The translations under genes were made by a program, and so were the position numbers. From a virus, in IMG/VR virus record IMGVR_UViG_3300048921_000363, positions 22,752 through 86,751 of that record: a stretch of DNA of 64,000 nt. One strand, given 5' to 3'. Of the stretch, positions 26,651 through 36,297 are shown piece by piece. The notes beneath the pieces were generated by a model, which was not told the origin of the DNA, ran no database searches, and was given only the letters and a program-made list of their open reading frames with translations. Numbering within the stretch: the stretch's first letter is position 1; every line of letters begins with the position of its first letter.

Positions 26651-26899
26651 TCCTGTAGGCCGCTAAACCTCTGGCCTCCAGCCTCATCAAGAAGCGCGCG
26701 TACCATTTTCGTACCACCCCCACTCTCTTTTTTCTGCCCAGGCGGGAAGCGGCGCTCCTCTCGCATCGTCGTTACGCTCGCCTGTCGCTCCAATCCAAAG
26801 CACTTCCTACAAGCGTTTCCGTCGCGGGCAAAACGATCTGCGTCCAAGTGTCTCTTCGTCATCTGCATGAGTGAGTGGCGAGGCGATCGGCTGTACCGC

Positions 26900-27220
26900 C
26901 TGATAGGTAATGTTCTTTTTTCGGGAAAGGCATCGGAAAAAGGTAATTTTGGTAAGTCGAACGGTCAATCTGGCTGAGAGCCTTGATTTTACTGGGCTGC
27001 AAAGGATTGGCATGAAGTAATTTTTGAGTAATGTAGAAGTAAGGTAATTACCTTTTAAGGAAGTAATATTTGTTTTTTTGCATCGCTTATAAATCAACCA
27101 CTTACAGCCACATTACCTTTTTCATTACTCAAAATTACCTTCTGAAGTAACCCGGCAAAGCCAATGAATCCGGGGCTTTCACCGGTGTTCCAATATTCGA
27201 ATTACCACATTACTTTTTTC
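26900..27220. repeat. AT-rich (G/A)GTAA iteron cluster, putative origin of prophage 2
   Basis: Many GGTAA/AGTAA copies on the left and TTACC/TTACT on the right, non-coding. Confidence 0.55.
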
Positions 27221-27418
27221 CGATGGCGTTCCTGAAAAAGACGCACCGAATAGTTTCATCTACCTGCCTTCCGCTTCACCTGATCCGCCCTGTCAGACAC
27301 CCGCCCTTCGCAGGGATCCGCAGGCTTTTTCACCTTCGACGTCACTGCTACAGCGCCCGGCTGTGGGGGCGCTTGGCTAGGTGCAGGACTGCGGAAAAAA
27401 AGACCCATTTAGCCCGCA

Positions 27419-27437
27419 GGCGAGGTGGGGGGACGAC
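27419..27437 (+). other. P2-type cos site
   Basis: GGCGAGGTGGGGGGACGAC resembles P2 cos GGCGAGGCGGGGAAAGCAC; lies beyond the 3' end of the portal gene as in P2. Confidence 0.75.
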
Positions 27438-27549
27438 GGCGCGCGCCAGGTGAGAACGGGCATCTTTTAAATGGCTTGTAGCACGCCAAAGCCCCGCATC
27501 GAGTAGCAGCTCGTCGCCTCCTGCTCGCGTCTATTTTTCAGCTCACTTA

Positions 27550-27565
27550 CTGTACAAACATCCAG
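27550..27565. promoter_or_regulatory. LexA (SOS) box
   Basis: (TA)CTGTACAAACATCCAG(TA) directly upstream of the hypothetical-SRAP pair. Confidence 0.85.
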
Positions 27566-27579
27566 TACATGTACAGCGA

Positions 27580-28314
27580 TTGAAATATATGAACTTCAAC
27601 CAGGCCAAGGTGCTAAGACTCAAGGGTTGGCGCGCCACGCTAGACGACCAGGACTTTCGTATGCAGAACCCGGAGGCACACCGGGAAACGCTTCATCAAA
27701 TGGCTGCTGCCCTGCATAACGAGGGATTGATCGACCAGCTTGAGCAGTTCGATATGAACGAGATGGCGGATGCCGCCTACTGGCATTCTGTCGAGGAGCT
27801 TCAAAACTCGCCGGGCCAGTACCGCGGAGCTTCGACCTACGATGTCGTGCAAGTCGACAACGGAAGGCTGCTTGGCAATATCAGCAGGTCGATCTTCAAC
27901 TTCGAAAGCGACGAACCACGCGGCGCCTCCTTTCCTTACGACGGCAAGGTTTACTCTGGCGCGGACGGGGTGCGGCTGACCTTGGAGCTTTCTCGGAAGA
28001 TTGGGACTATCTCGGGCCTGATGCTGGAACTGAATGGGCGCCGGTACCAACTGGTTGAAACCGAACGGGTCGTTCGTGGGGTTGATTACAAGCCAATGGA
28101 TGATCCAGACGCTTACCGCGCTCTCGTTGATGCGGCTCAAGTAGCCCAGGAAGAGCGCGACCTGCACGCATTTGAAAGGGTGCGCCCTCACATCGAATCG
28201 GCAGCTTTCTGTATGTGTCCGACCTGCCTCGATCGCTTCGATGCGCGTGAGGACTGCCCAACCTGCATCGGAAAAGGTTTTGTGACGAAGCCGGCGCCAG
28301 CGGGTCTACGCTGA
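27580..28314 (+). CDS. Hypothetical protein with C-terminal CxxC-CxxC zinc ribbon
   Basis: CPTC...CPTCIGKG; ATG at 27589 is the likely start. Confidence 0.75.
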   Translation: MKYMNFNQAKVLRLKGWRATLDDQDFRMQNPEAHRETLHQMAAALHNEGLIDQLEQFDMNEMADAAYWHSVEELQNSPGQYRGASTYDVVQVDNGRLLGNISRSIFNFESDEPRGASFPYDGKVYSGADGVRLTLELSRKIGTISGLMLELNGRRYQLVETERVVRGVDYKPMDDPDAYRALVDAAQVAQEERDLHAFERVRPHIESAAFCMCPTCLDRFDAREDCPTCIGKGFVTKPAPAGLR

Positions 28315-28336
28315 AAGCTCACGCGAGGAACGGGCA

Positions 28337-29050
28337 ATGTGTGGACGACTCTCCCAATACAGCGGCATTCACGACTTCGTGGCGGCGCTGAGTATGCCGA
28401 ATGCCCTGATCAACTCGACCGGGGAGCAGCCTTTCGAGCAGTACAACGCCGCGCCGACTGCCCAACTCGCCCTTTTTCACCAGGAAGGCCAATTCCTGTA
28501 CGCCGACAGGGTTCGGTGGGGATGGCGCCCCCACTGGGCAAAAGATCGGGCTGCACCGATCAACGCCAGGGTCGAGAAAGTCGCCCACGGCCCATTCTTC
28601 CGCACGATCTGGCCGCACCGGGCGATCATCGCGATCAACAACTGGTTCGAGTGGGTCGACGAAGGCGGGCCGAAGAAGCAGCCCTATCTGATCAGGCATT
28701 GCGACCAATCACCGATCCTGTGTGCCGCAATTGGCCAATACCCGAATGAGGAACACGGCCCGAGCGAGCATGACGGCTTCGTGATCATCACCGCGGACAG
28801 CGCTGGTGGCATGGTTGATATCCATGATCGGCGGCCGGTCTCTTTATCGCCTGAACTCGCCCGAGAATGGCTGGATCCGGCCACACCGAAAGAACGCGCC
28901 GAGCAGATCGCGCTTCATCAGGGGGAGGTGACAGAAGCCTTCGAGTGGTTCAAGGTTGATCGGGCAGTGGGAAATGTCAGAAATCAAGGGCCTGACTTGA
29001 TCAGTCCTTTTGGTACGATTGAAACTGGGGACGAGAAAAGCAGTGGATGA
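28337..29050 (+). CDS. SOS response-associated peptidase (SRAP/YedK/HMCES family)
   Basis: N-terminal MCGR, YNAAPT, RWGW, INARVE, WFEW, IHDRRP. Confidence 0.95.
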   Translation: MCGRLSQYSGIHDFVAALSMPNALINSTGEQPFEQYNAAPTAQLALFHQEGQFLYADRVRWGWRPHWAKDRAAPINARVEKVAHGPFFRTIWPHRAIIAINNWFEWVDEGGPKKQPYLIRHCDQSPILCAAIGQYPNEEHGPSEHDGFVIITADSAGGMVDIHDRRPVSLSPELAREWLDPATPKERAEQIALHQGEVTEAFEWFKVDRAVGNVRNQGPDLISPFGTIETGDEKSSG

Positions 29051-29172
29051 TAGCTCCAATTGCTTTGTCGTTAGCCCGACTCGAACAAGCGTTGATCTTG
29101 ACCTGGCACAGGGAAGAAGCGTGAAAGTAGAGTCACTATGTAGGCTATGAGTGCCACTTAAGGAGAAGAAAG

Positions 29173-29556
29173 ATGGGCCAGGAAAATTTTCACGCCAGCG
29201 TTCAGTACGGTGATTTTAAAGGTACAGCAGCTGCTGATCGCCGCGATCAAGACAGCATTTCTCGGTACCTTGAAAAAGAAGGCTTGATAAACCAAGGGGA
29301 ATTCTTGGTTGGGATTGAGGCATACACCTCAGAGGTGTCGGGCAAGCCCCAAGTCACCGACGTAAGCGTTACTGCTCTTGTAACAAAGTACGAAGGGTAT
29401 GATGATGTGCAGGCGGCTGTGGATTCCGGTAATCCACTCAAAGTTCGCAAAATTGAATTTGATCTGCCTCTGGTAGATTTCTTCAGCCTCTTCAAACGAT
29501 TTCATATCACTATCTCTAGTCATGGAATGATTGATCAACGCGACATCATTTTTTGA
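29173..29556 (+). CDS. Hypothetical protein (AT-rich moron)
   Basis: AGGAG RBS, 127 aa, convergent on the portal gene. Confidence 0.75.
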   Translation: MGQENFHASVQYGDFKGTAAADRRDQDSISRYLEKEGLINQGEFLVGIEAYTSEVSGKPQVTDVSVTALVTKYEGYDDVQAAVDSGNPLKVRKIEFDLPLVDFFSLFKRFHITISSHGMIDQRDIIF

Positions 29557-29586
29557 CGACTGAGAGCAAAGGTATTGTGCCCCGAG

Positions 29587-30609
29587 CTAACTAGTCGGGG
29601 CCAATTCGTACGGTCTGAATCTCATAACTTCTTCACCCAGCCAGTCGTTCAGCTGAGTCATCCGCGTCTGAATCGGCTCCAGCTCATTGGCCGCATAGAT
29701 TTGCGCTGCCTCCCGAATCGACCCAAACCCACCCGCGTTCTGCGGGACAATCCCCATCAATTGCGGTGGAATTCGCAAGCTCGCCAACACGTCATCCCTG
29801 GTCTGATTCTTGATCGCGTTGAATTCATCCTTCGCCGCCACCTCGCTCACCGGGATCAGCTGAATCCCGTCCTTCTTGCCGGTCGGCGAGTAAACAAACA
29901 AATTCCGGAAATTCCCCGGCCCTTTCGATTCCTTCAGCGCCTTACGCAACGCATCAATATCCGCTTCAGTCTGCGCTGCATCTGTCATGTACAAGATGAA
30001 CCCGGCATGGCTCCCGTTCTCGTAATACTTGCGCCGAAATAAAGTCGCCGACTCGTTCAACAGCGCCGACTGCAACGCGCTGATCCACTCCGGCAACCCA
30101 TAAATCTCCTGATGCAGATCCGCCTCACGCAGGTGAAAAATGCTGTCCGGCTCAAACTCATGCTCATCCTTCCATCCCCGCACCTGGTAAAACTGCCCAT
30201 CCGGCCCCGCACGCATGTACTTGGCCAACGGCGTTTCCAATTTTCGAACCCCGCCCAACCGCGAACGGCGCCCCTCAAGGTAGCCATTGCCCAGGCAGAG
30301 AAAGTCCAAAGCAAACTGCTCAAACGAGGCCCGCGACAGCAGCGGATGCGGGATAAAAGTCTTGCTCAACAAATTGCGCTTGAACATCAACCCGGAATGC
30401 AGATGCACGCTCGCCCCCACCGACCGGGCCAGCCCGTCAAGCGACAGCGGCGGCTCATACCACCGCCCGTTAAACCAGCACTCCAGGTAATCGAAAACCT
30501 CCCGCCCCCCCAGCACCGGCGTCGGCTCGCCGAAGGAAAACACCTGAGTCCCCGCGCCAGTGGCGGGTGTCGTCGCGGGCAACGTCTGGTTGGCCATTTG
30601 TTCGGTCAT
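29587..30609 (-). CDS. Portal protein (P2 gpQ/PBSX family)
   Basis: FSFGEP, WYEPP, QEIYGLPE, FRRKYYENGSHAG. Confidence 0.95.
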   Translation of the reverse strand: MTEQMANQTLPATTPATGAGTQVFSFGEPTPVLGGREVFDYLECWFNGRWYEPPLSLDGLARSVGASVHLHSGLMFKRNLLSKTFIPHPLLSRASFEQFALDFLCLGNGYLEGRRSRLGGVRKLETPLAKYMRAGPDGQFYQVRGWKDEHEFEPDSIFHLREADLHQEIYGLPEWISALQSALLNESATLFRRKYYENGSHAGFILYMTDAAQTEADIDALRKALKESKGPGNFRNLFVYSPTGKKDGIQLIPVSEVAAKDEFNAIKNQTRDDVLASLRIPPQLMGIVPQNAGGFGSIREAAQIYAANELEPIQTRMTQLNDWLGEEVMRFRPYELAPTS

Positions 30610-32366
30610 CAGTAAATCTCCATGCGCCCGGTGTTGGCAGTGGTCTGCCCCTCAAGCGGTTCGTGGTGCAATGCGTGAAAGAGCGCCCATGCCAGGTCGG
30701 CGTGGCCGGTGTTGTCGTTGCGGCCGGCGGTGTAGGTGTACTGGCGCCCGCCGGCGGTGACGGTTTTGCGGATCGCCATCAGCGACTGGGCCATGTCAGT
30801 CCAGCCGGCATCGAATTCGAGCCGGCCCTTGTGAATCACGTCGTAGGCCTTGAGCACCAGGCGGGTTTTGACTTCAGGCGAGTAGCTGAACGTGGTCACC
30901 GCAGGGAAGAACTGGCGCACCAGCTGGGCCACGCCACTGCCCAGACCGGTAACGTCGATCCCGATGTAGGTCACCCAGTAGCGGTCGCATACGCTCTTGA
31001 TGAACGCGGCCTGCGCGGCGAAGTCCATGCCCCGGAACTGGTGACGCTCAAGGATGCGGAACTTGCCGCCGGGCACCAGGGGCGGCGCGACTACCACCAA
31101 GCCAGAACAGTCGCCCGTCTCGGCCGGGTCGTAGCCAATCCATACCTGACGGTCGCCGAACGGGCGCATGGCGAAAGGTTTGTAGTCCTCAGCCCACTCG
31201 ACCCAGCTGTCCACCATGCACGACTGCAACAGGGTCAGCGGGAAGATGCTCGCGCCGTCATCGACGAACTCGCACATCAGCAGGTTGGCGAACGCCTCGG
31301 GGCTGTATTCGCGGCGCAGTTCCTCTATGTCGAACAGATCGCAACCACCCCGCTCCGCGTCCAGAATCGTGACGATCTGCCGCCACAACCGGTCCTCACA
31401 GAACCGGCCCTGCTGGAGCGCGCCGTGGGACACATCCACTTTCGTATGCTGCGCAGCGGGCTTGCCTTTGTTGAAGCGCTCGCCAGTCCAGAAGGTGTAC
31501 GCCTCATGGGCCATGCTCGACGGCGTCGAGAAGTAGGTCTTTCGCCACTTCTTGTGCATCGCCATGCCCGAGGCGACCTTGTTCAGTTCCTCGAACTTGA
31601 ACGTCCAGAAAAATTCGTCGAAGTAGAAATTACCGTGATAGCCCTGGGCGGTACGCGCGTTGGTACCGAGGAAAAACAACTCCGCGCCGTTGGGCAACAC
31701 AATGGGGTCGCCGGTAAGTTCGACGCCGATCACCTCGCGGCAGAACGCCTGAATGTAGCCCCGGAACAGATAGGCCTGGTTCTTCGAGGCCGACAGGAAA
31801 ATCTGGTTGCGCCCGGTGTCGAGTGCATCGATGAACGCCTCGCGGGCGAAGTAGTACGTCGCGCCGATCTGCCGGCTCTTTAGGATGACGCGGGTGCGCT
31901 GGTTGCCAGCCCGGTACCAATCCTTCTGATAGTCAAAACAGCCATCGATGAAGGCCTCGCGCAGCAGCTCGATCTGGTCTTCGTCAATCTCGTTTTTGAC
32001 GGCCTTTTTCTTCGGCTCGGCGTTGCGTTTGGCCAGGTTCGGGTTGAGGTCGGTTTCGGTACCGCCACCCTGAAAGCGCTGGATACGTGCCTGCCGTTCG
32101 AGCTGGCGGTGCAGCAGATCAATCTCCTTGAAATCGCCGCCGCTTTTCCCATCCTTGAGGATCAACTGCACCAACCGCGCTTCCAGCGCCCCGCCGATGC
32201 GCTCGACGTTGTCGGCCCGGTCCCACTCGTCGCGGGCCTTCCAGCTGTGTAGCGTTTTTTCCTTTTCGCCCGTAGCCTCGGCAATCTCGCAGATGCGCCA
32301 ACCCATCCAGTACAGGAACTTGGATTGGCGGCGGGGATCGATGGGCAACAGTGCGGTCGTAGTCAT
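30609..32366 (-). CDS. Terminase ATPase subunit (P2 gpP)
   Basis: LKSRQIGAT, YFDEFFW, GYDP, GHADLAWA. Confidence 0.96.
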   Translation of the reverse strand: MTTTALLPIDPRRQSKFLYWMGWRICEIAEATGEKEKTLHSWKARDEWDRADNVERIGGALEARLVQLILKDGKSGGDFKEIDLLHRQLERQARIQRFQGGGTETDLNPNLAKRNAEPKKKAVKNEIDEDQIELLREAFIDGCFDYQKDWYRAGNQRTRVILKSRQIGATYYFAREAFIDALDTGRNQIFLSASKNQAYLFRGYIQAFCREVIGVELTGDPIVLPNGAELFFLGTNARTAQGYHGNFYFDEFFWTFKFEELNKVASGMAMHKKWRKTYFSTPSSMAHEAYTFWTGERFNKGKPAAQHTKVDVSHGALQQGRFCEDRLWRQIVTILDAERGGCDLFDIEELRREYSPEAFANLLMCEFVDDGASIFPLTLLQSCMVDSWVEWAEDYKPFAMRPFGDRQVWIGYDPAETGDCSGLVVVAPPLVPGGKFRILERHQFRGMDFAAQAAFIKSVCDRYWVTYIGIDVTGLGSGVAQLVRQFFPAVTTFSYSPEVKTRLVLKAYDVIHKGRLEFDAGWTDMAQSLMAIRKTVTAGGRQYTYTAGRNDNTGHADLAWALFHALHHEPLEGQTTANTGRMEIY

Positions 32367-32413
32367 GGCCGCGATGCTGCCGCCCACGCTCGCGACTCAA
32401 TAGTGCCGCCCCT

Positions 32414-32432
32414 TGTAGCCCCCTTCCCTACA
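32414..32432. promoter_or_regulatory. Ogr-type late-promoter activator site (divergent P/O promoters)
   Basis: TGTA-N11-TACA dyad, also present at 40021 and 44458. Confidence 0.7.
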
Positions 32433-32520
32433 GTCCCGCCTCGTTGCCGCAACTCGCGCGCGTCACGACCATGCCCCTCATCGCAACGCTTTCAGCGCCC
32501 ACGCATTGAGGATTCCCGGC

Positions 32521-33348
32521 ATGAAGAAATTTCGCAGCAACTGGTTCCGTGTCGCCGTCGAGGGCGCTACCTCGGACAAGCGGACCATCAAACGCAGTTG
32601 GCTGGAACAGGCCGCGAAGAACTTCAACCCGGCCACCTACGGCGCACGCATCTGGCTGGAGCACTTCCGCAGCCTGCTGCCCGACAGCCCCTTCAGGGCC
32701 TACGGCGACGTGCTGGCCGTGAAGACCGAAGAAGTGGACGTGAACGGCCAAAAGAAACTGGCGCTGTTCGCCCAGGTCGAGCCGACTGCCGACCTGATCG
32801 CCATGAACAAGGCGAAACAGAAGATCTACACGTCTATCGAAATCGACGACAGCTTCGCCGACACCGGCGAGGCCTACATCGTCGGTTTGGCGGTCACCGA
32901 CTCACCGGCCAGCCTCGGCACCGACGTCCTGGCGTTCTCCGCCCAGAAACCTGACGTCAGCCCCTTCAAGGATCGCCACTACTCCGCGACCTCGATGTTC
33001 ACCGAAGCGGTCGAAACCGAACTCACGTTTGAAGAGATCGAGGAGAAGCCAAGCATCGGCGCCCAGCTGTTCAGCAAGGTGCAGAATTTGCTCAAGGGCA
33101 AGCAAGCCAAGGATGACAGCGAGTTTTCGCAGATCAGCGATGCCGTCGAAGCCGTGGCCGATCACGTCAAGGATCTGCCCGACCAACTCGCCGCCGAGAA
33201 GAAATTCTCCGCAGGCCTAAAGACCCAGCTCGATCAACTGAGCAAGGACTTCACCGAGATGAAGCACAAGCTCTCCACCACCCAGGACCACAGCCAAAAG
33301 ACCCGCCCTCCGGTAACCGGTGGCGACAAGGTCATGACCGACTGCTGA
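32521..33348 (+). CDS. Capsid scaffolding protein (P2 gpO)
   Basis: WFRVAVEGATSD.R.I, YGARIWLEH, GLAVTDSPASLGT. Confidence 0.95.
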   Translation: MKKFRSNWFRVAVEGATSDKRTIKRSWLEQAAKNFNPATYGARIWLEHFRSLLPDSPFRAYGDVLAVKTEEVDVNGQKKLALFAQVEPTADLIAMNKAKQKIYTSIEIDDSFADTGEAYIVGLAVTDSPASLGTDVLAFSAQKPDVSPFKDRHYSATSMFTEAVETELTFEEIEEKPSIGAQLFSKVQNLLKGKQAKDDSEFSQISDAVEAVADHVKDLPDQLAAEKKFSAGLKTQLDQLSKDFTEMKHKLSTTQDHSQKTRPPVTGGDKVMTDC

Positions 33349-33391
33349 CAGCCGGCCCACCCACAGCCCCGAACCACGAAGGACGACTTTC

Positions 33392-34411
33392 ATGCGTAAC
33401 GATACCCGCGAACACTTCAACGCCTACCTGAGCCAGGTGGCGCGCCTCAATGGCGTGTCATCGACCGCCAACACCTTCGCCGTCGATCCGACGGTTCAGC
33501 AGACGCTGGAAACCCGCATGCAGGAATCCAGCGAATTCCTCGGCCAGATCGGCATCATCGGCGTCGATGAACTGCAAGGCGAAAAGGTTGGCTTGGGTGT
33601 CAGCAGCACCATCGCCGGCCGCACCGACACCACCGGCAACGGCGTGCGCCAGCCGCGCGACGTGTCGTCGCTGGACAAAAAGGGCTACAAGGCCGAACAC
33701 ACCGACTTCGACACCGCCATCCGCTACGCACAGCTCGATGCCTGGGCAAAATTCCCAGACTTCCAGGCACGTCTGCGCGACGCAATCCTCAAGCGCCAAG
33801 CCCTCGACCGGATCATGGTCGGCTTCAACGGCGTCAGTGTGGCCGCCACCACTGACCGTCAGGCAAATCCGCTGTTGCAGGACGTCAACATCGGCTGGCT
33901 CCAGCAGTACCGCACCAATGCCCCGGCGCGCGTCCTCAAGGACGGCAAGGCCACCGGCAAAATTGTCATCGGCACTGGTGCGGAGGCTGACTACAACAAC
34001 CTCGACGCCCTGGTGTTCGACGCCGTTGCCAACCTCATCGACCCGTGGCACCGCAAGGATCCGGGCATCGTGGTCATCCTCGGCAGCAACCTGGTTCACG
34101 ACAAATACTTCCCGCTGATCAACAAGGAACAGCCCGCGTCCGAAAAGCTGGCCACCGACATGATCCTTTCGCAAAAGCGCATGGGCGGTAAGCAACCGGT
34201 TGAAGTCCCGTACGTGCCGGACGGTGCCGCGCTGGTCACCTCGCTGGCCAACCTCGCCATCTACTGGCAGATCGGCGGACGCCGCCGCTACGTGAAGGAG
34301 GCGCCAGAAAAGAACCGCATCGAGAATTACGAATCCAGCAACGACGCTTACGTCGTCGAGGATTACGGTCTCGGATGCCTGATCGAAAACATCGAGCTTG
34401 AGGGGGCGTAA
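33392..34411 (+). CDS. Major capsid protein (P2 gpN)
   Basis: MRNDTR, QESSEFL, LDAWAKF, NPLLQDVNIGW. Confidence 0.96.
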   Translation: MRNDTREHFNAYLSQVARLNGVSSTANTFAVDPTVQQTLETRMQESSEFLGQIGIIGVDELQGEKVGLGVSSTIAGRTDTTGNGVRQPRDVSSLDKKGYKAEHTDFDTAIRYAQLDAWAKFPDFQARLRDAILKRQALDRIMVGFNGVSVAATTDRQANPLLQDVNIGWLQQYRTNAPARVLKDGKATGKIVIGTGAEADYNNLDALVFDAVANLIDPWHRKDPGIVVILGSNLVHDKYFPLINKEQPASEKLATDMILSQKRMGGKQPVEVPYVPDGAALVTSLANLAIYWQIGGRRRYVKEAPEKNRIENYESSNDAYVVEDYGLGCLIENIELEGA

Positions 34412-34414
34412 GCC

Positions 34415-35116
34415 ATGGCCAGCAGCCTCGCCAAGCAGCACTTCCAACGGGTCACTGCCGCCCTTGAGGCGGCAGCGACCGAGCCGACCCAAACCATGGC
34501 AGGCGCCACAGCTTACGAGCACCAGCTCAACCAGTTGCTGCAAGACCGCCTGCGCCTGAAACAGGTGCAATCGAACCAGGGTAAAGCCGAACTCAAACGC
34601 CAACTGCTGCCCGAGTACATCCCCTATGTGCAAGGCGTGCTGGACGCCGGCCAAGGCGCCCAAGACGAAGTGCTGACCACCATCATGGTATGGCGCTTCG
34701 ATGCCGGCGACTTCACCGGCGGCCTCGACATCGCCCAGTACGTGCTGCAACACAAGATGGTCATGCCGGACCGCTTCGCCCGCACGCTGGGCTGTCTGGT
34801 CGCCGAAGAAGTCGCGACCGCCGCGTTCAAAGCGCAGAAAGTCGGCGAACCGTTCGACCTGGCCATCCTGCACCGCACCGCTGAGCTGACCGACGCCGAA
34901 GACATGCCGGATCAGGCACGCGCCAAGCTGTTTCTCGCCATGGGCCGCGCAACCTTGGAAGGCATCACCGATGAAACGCCCGGCCAACCCGGCCAGGTGC
35001 AGGCCGGCATCGACCTGCTGAAAAAAGCCATCGACCTGCACGACGCCTGTGGTGGCAAAAAGGATCTGGAGCGGGCCGAACGTCTGCTCAACAAACTCGC
35101 TGCCGCTGGCAGCTAA
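34415..35116 (+). CDS. Terminase endonuclease subunit (P2 gpM)
   Basis: KRQLLPEY.PYV.G, QDEVL...MVW..DAG, MPDQARAKL. Confidence 0.92.
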   Translation: MASSLAKQHFQRVTAALEAAATEPTQTMAGATAYEHQLNQLLQDRLRLKQVQSNQGKAELKRQLLPEYIPYVQGVLDAGQGAQDEVLTTIMVWRFDAGDFTGGLDIAQYVLQHKMVMPDRFARTLGCLVAEEVATAAFKAQKVGEPFDLAILHRTAELTDAEDMPDQARAKLFLAMGRATLEGITDETPGQPGQVQAGIDLLKKAIDLHDACGGKKDLERAERLLNKLAAAGS

Positions 35117-35220
35117 CCGAGCGTCCCCACGCACCCCGCCGGCTCGGGGCGGATCGGCCAGGCCGCTCCTCCTGAACGTGAAGCCCCGACCACCGGCGAC
35201 CTACAACAGAGCGCAGATTC

Positions 35221-35691
35221 ATGAGCGGATTCGTAGCGGGCGGCAGCACTACTCCGGCCCCCAGCGGCCACATCAACACCGACCCCTTCTGGCCATCGAT
35301 CGACCTCGACGACGTGCGCGGCACTTTGCGCATCGACTCCAGCGTCACGCCGATCCGTCTGGAAACCGCGACCATCGCCGCTGCTATCGGTGTGAACCGC
35401 GAGTTTGCCGCATGGCGCCGCGCCAAACAGGCCGAAGGCTATGCCACCCTCACAGACGTACCGGCCGAGCAGATCGAGGACAAATCTGAACTCGTTCACC
35501 TCTACCAGCGAGCGATCTATGCCGCGACCGGCGCGGAAATTTGCGAGCGCTACCGCTCCTACGACAGCACCAACAGCGGCAGCCAGAACGCCGAAGAACT
35601 GACCCCGAGCATCGATGAACTGCGCCGCGACCAGCGCTGGGCCGTGCGCGACTTCCTCGGCCTCGGCCGCACCACCGTGGAGCTGATCTGA
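35221..35691 (+). CDS. Head completion protein (P2 gpL)
   Basis: FWPSIDL, ERYRSYDST, C-terminal TVELI. Confidence 0.92.
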   Translation: MSGFVAGGSTTPAPSGHINTDPFWPSIDLDDVRGTLRIDSSVTPIRLETATIAAAIGVNREFAAWRRAKQAEGYATLTDVPAEQIEDKSELVHLYQRAIYAATGAEICERYRSYDSTNSGSQNAEELTPSIDELRRDQRWAVRDFLGLGRTTVELI

Positions 35692-35903
35692 TGGCCATCA
35701 GCATGCGTGCCCAGCAGGGCGACACCGTGGATTCCCTGTGCTGGCGTCACTACGGCCGCACCGCCGGCGTGACCGAAGCAGTACTCGACGCCAACCCCGG
35801 ACTCGCCGACCACGGCCCAATCTTGCCGCAAGGCCTTCTGGTGCAGATGCCCGAAGCCCAAGCCGCCGCCCCGCAACGGCAGATGGTGCAGCTATGGGAC
35901 TGA
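35691..35903 (+). CDS. Tail protein X
   Basis: AQQGDTVDSLCWRHYGRT.GVTE.VL.ANPGLA...VQLWD. Confidence 0.93.
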   Translation: MAISMRAQQGDTVDSLCWRHYGRTAGVTEAVLDANPGLADHGPILPQGLLVQMPEAQAAAPQRQMVQLWD

Positions 35904-35948
35904 AACGCCCGCACCGCGCCCTTGAACCCAACCACTCTGGATCATGGA

Positions 35949-36272
35949 ATGAAACGCATGCCTGACCGTCCCGATACCTGGGCCTGGCTCGCCGCCTGGC
36001 TCGAACAGAACTGGCCCACCCTATACGCCGGCTTGTTGGCCCTGGTCATCGCGGGGCTTCGCGTCATTTACGGTGGTGGCACCTGGCGCCGAATGCTCAT
36101 CGAAGCGCCGCTGTGCGGTGCCCTCGCCGTTTCCGTCAGCCATGGGCTGTCGCTGCTGGGGATACCCGTCTCCACCGCGCCATTCTTTGGCGGCGCCATC
36201 GGCCTGCTGGGCGTCGAAGGTACCCGCGCCGCAGCAAGGAAGTTTTTTACCCGCAAGGTAGAACAGCTCTGA
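35949..36272 (+). CDS. Holin (lambda S-like), possible dual start
   Basis: About three TM segments, basic C-terminus; in-frame ATGs at 35949 and 35958. Confidence 0.85.
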   Translation: MKRMPDRPDTWAWLAAWLEQNWPTLYAGLLALVIAGLRVIYGGGTWRRMLIEAPLCGALAVSVSHGLSLLGIPVSTAPFFGGAIGLLGVEGTRAAARKFFTRKVEQL

Positions 36273-36297
36273 CCGCCCAATTTCCCAAGGAGGCAGC

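Noticed and set aside
26900-27220. CRISPR array
   Set aside because: Repeats are only 5-6 nt, irregularly spaced and in both orientations; no cas genes
30567-35134. 438-aa (+) and 558-aa (-) ORFs
   Set aside because: Antisense to terminase and capsid genes
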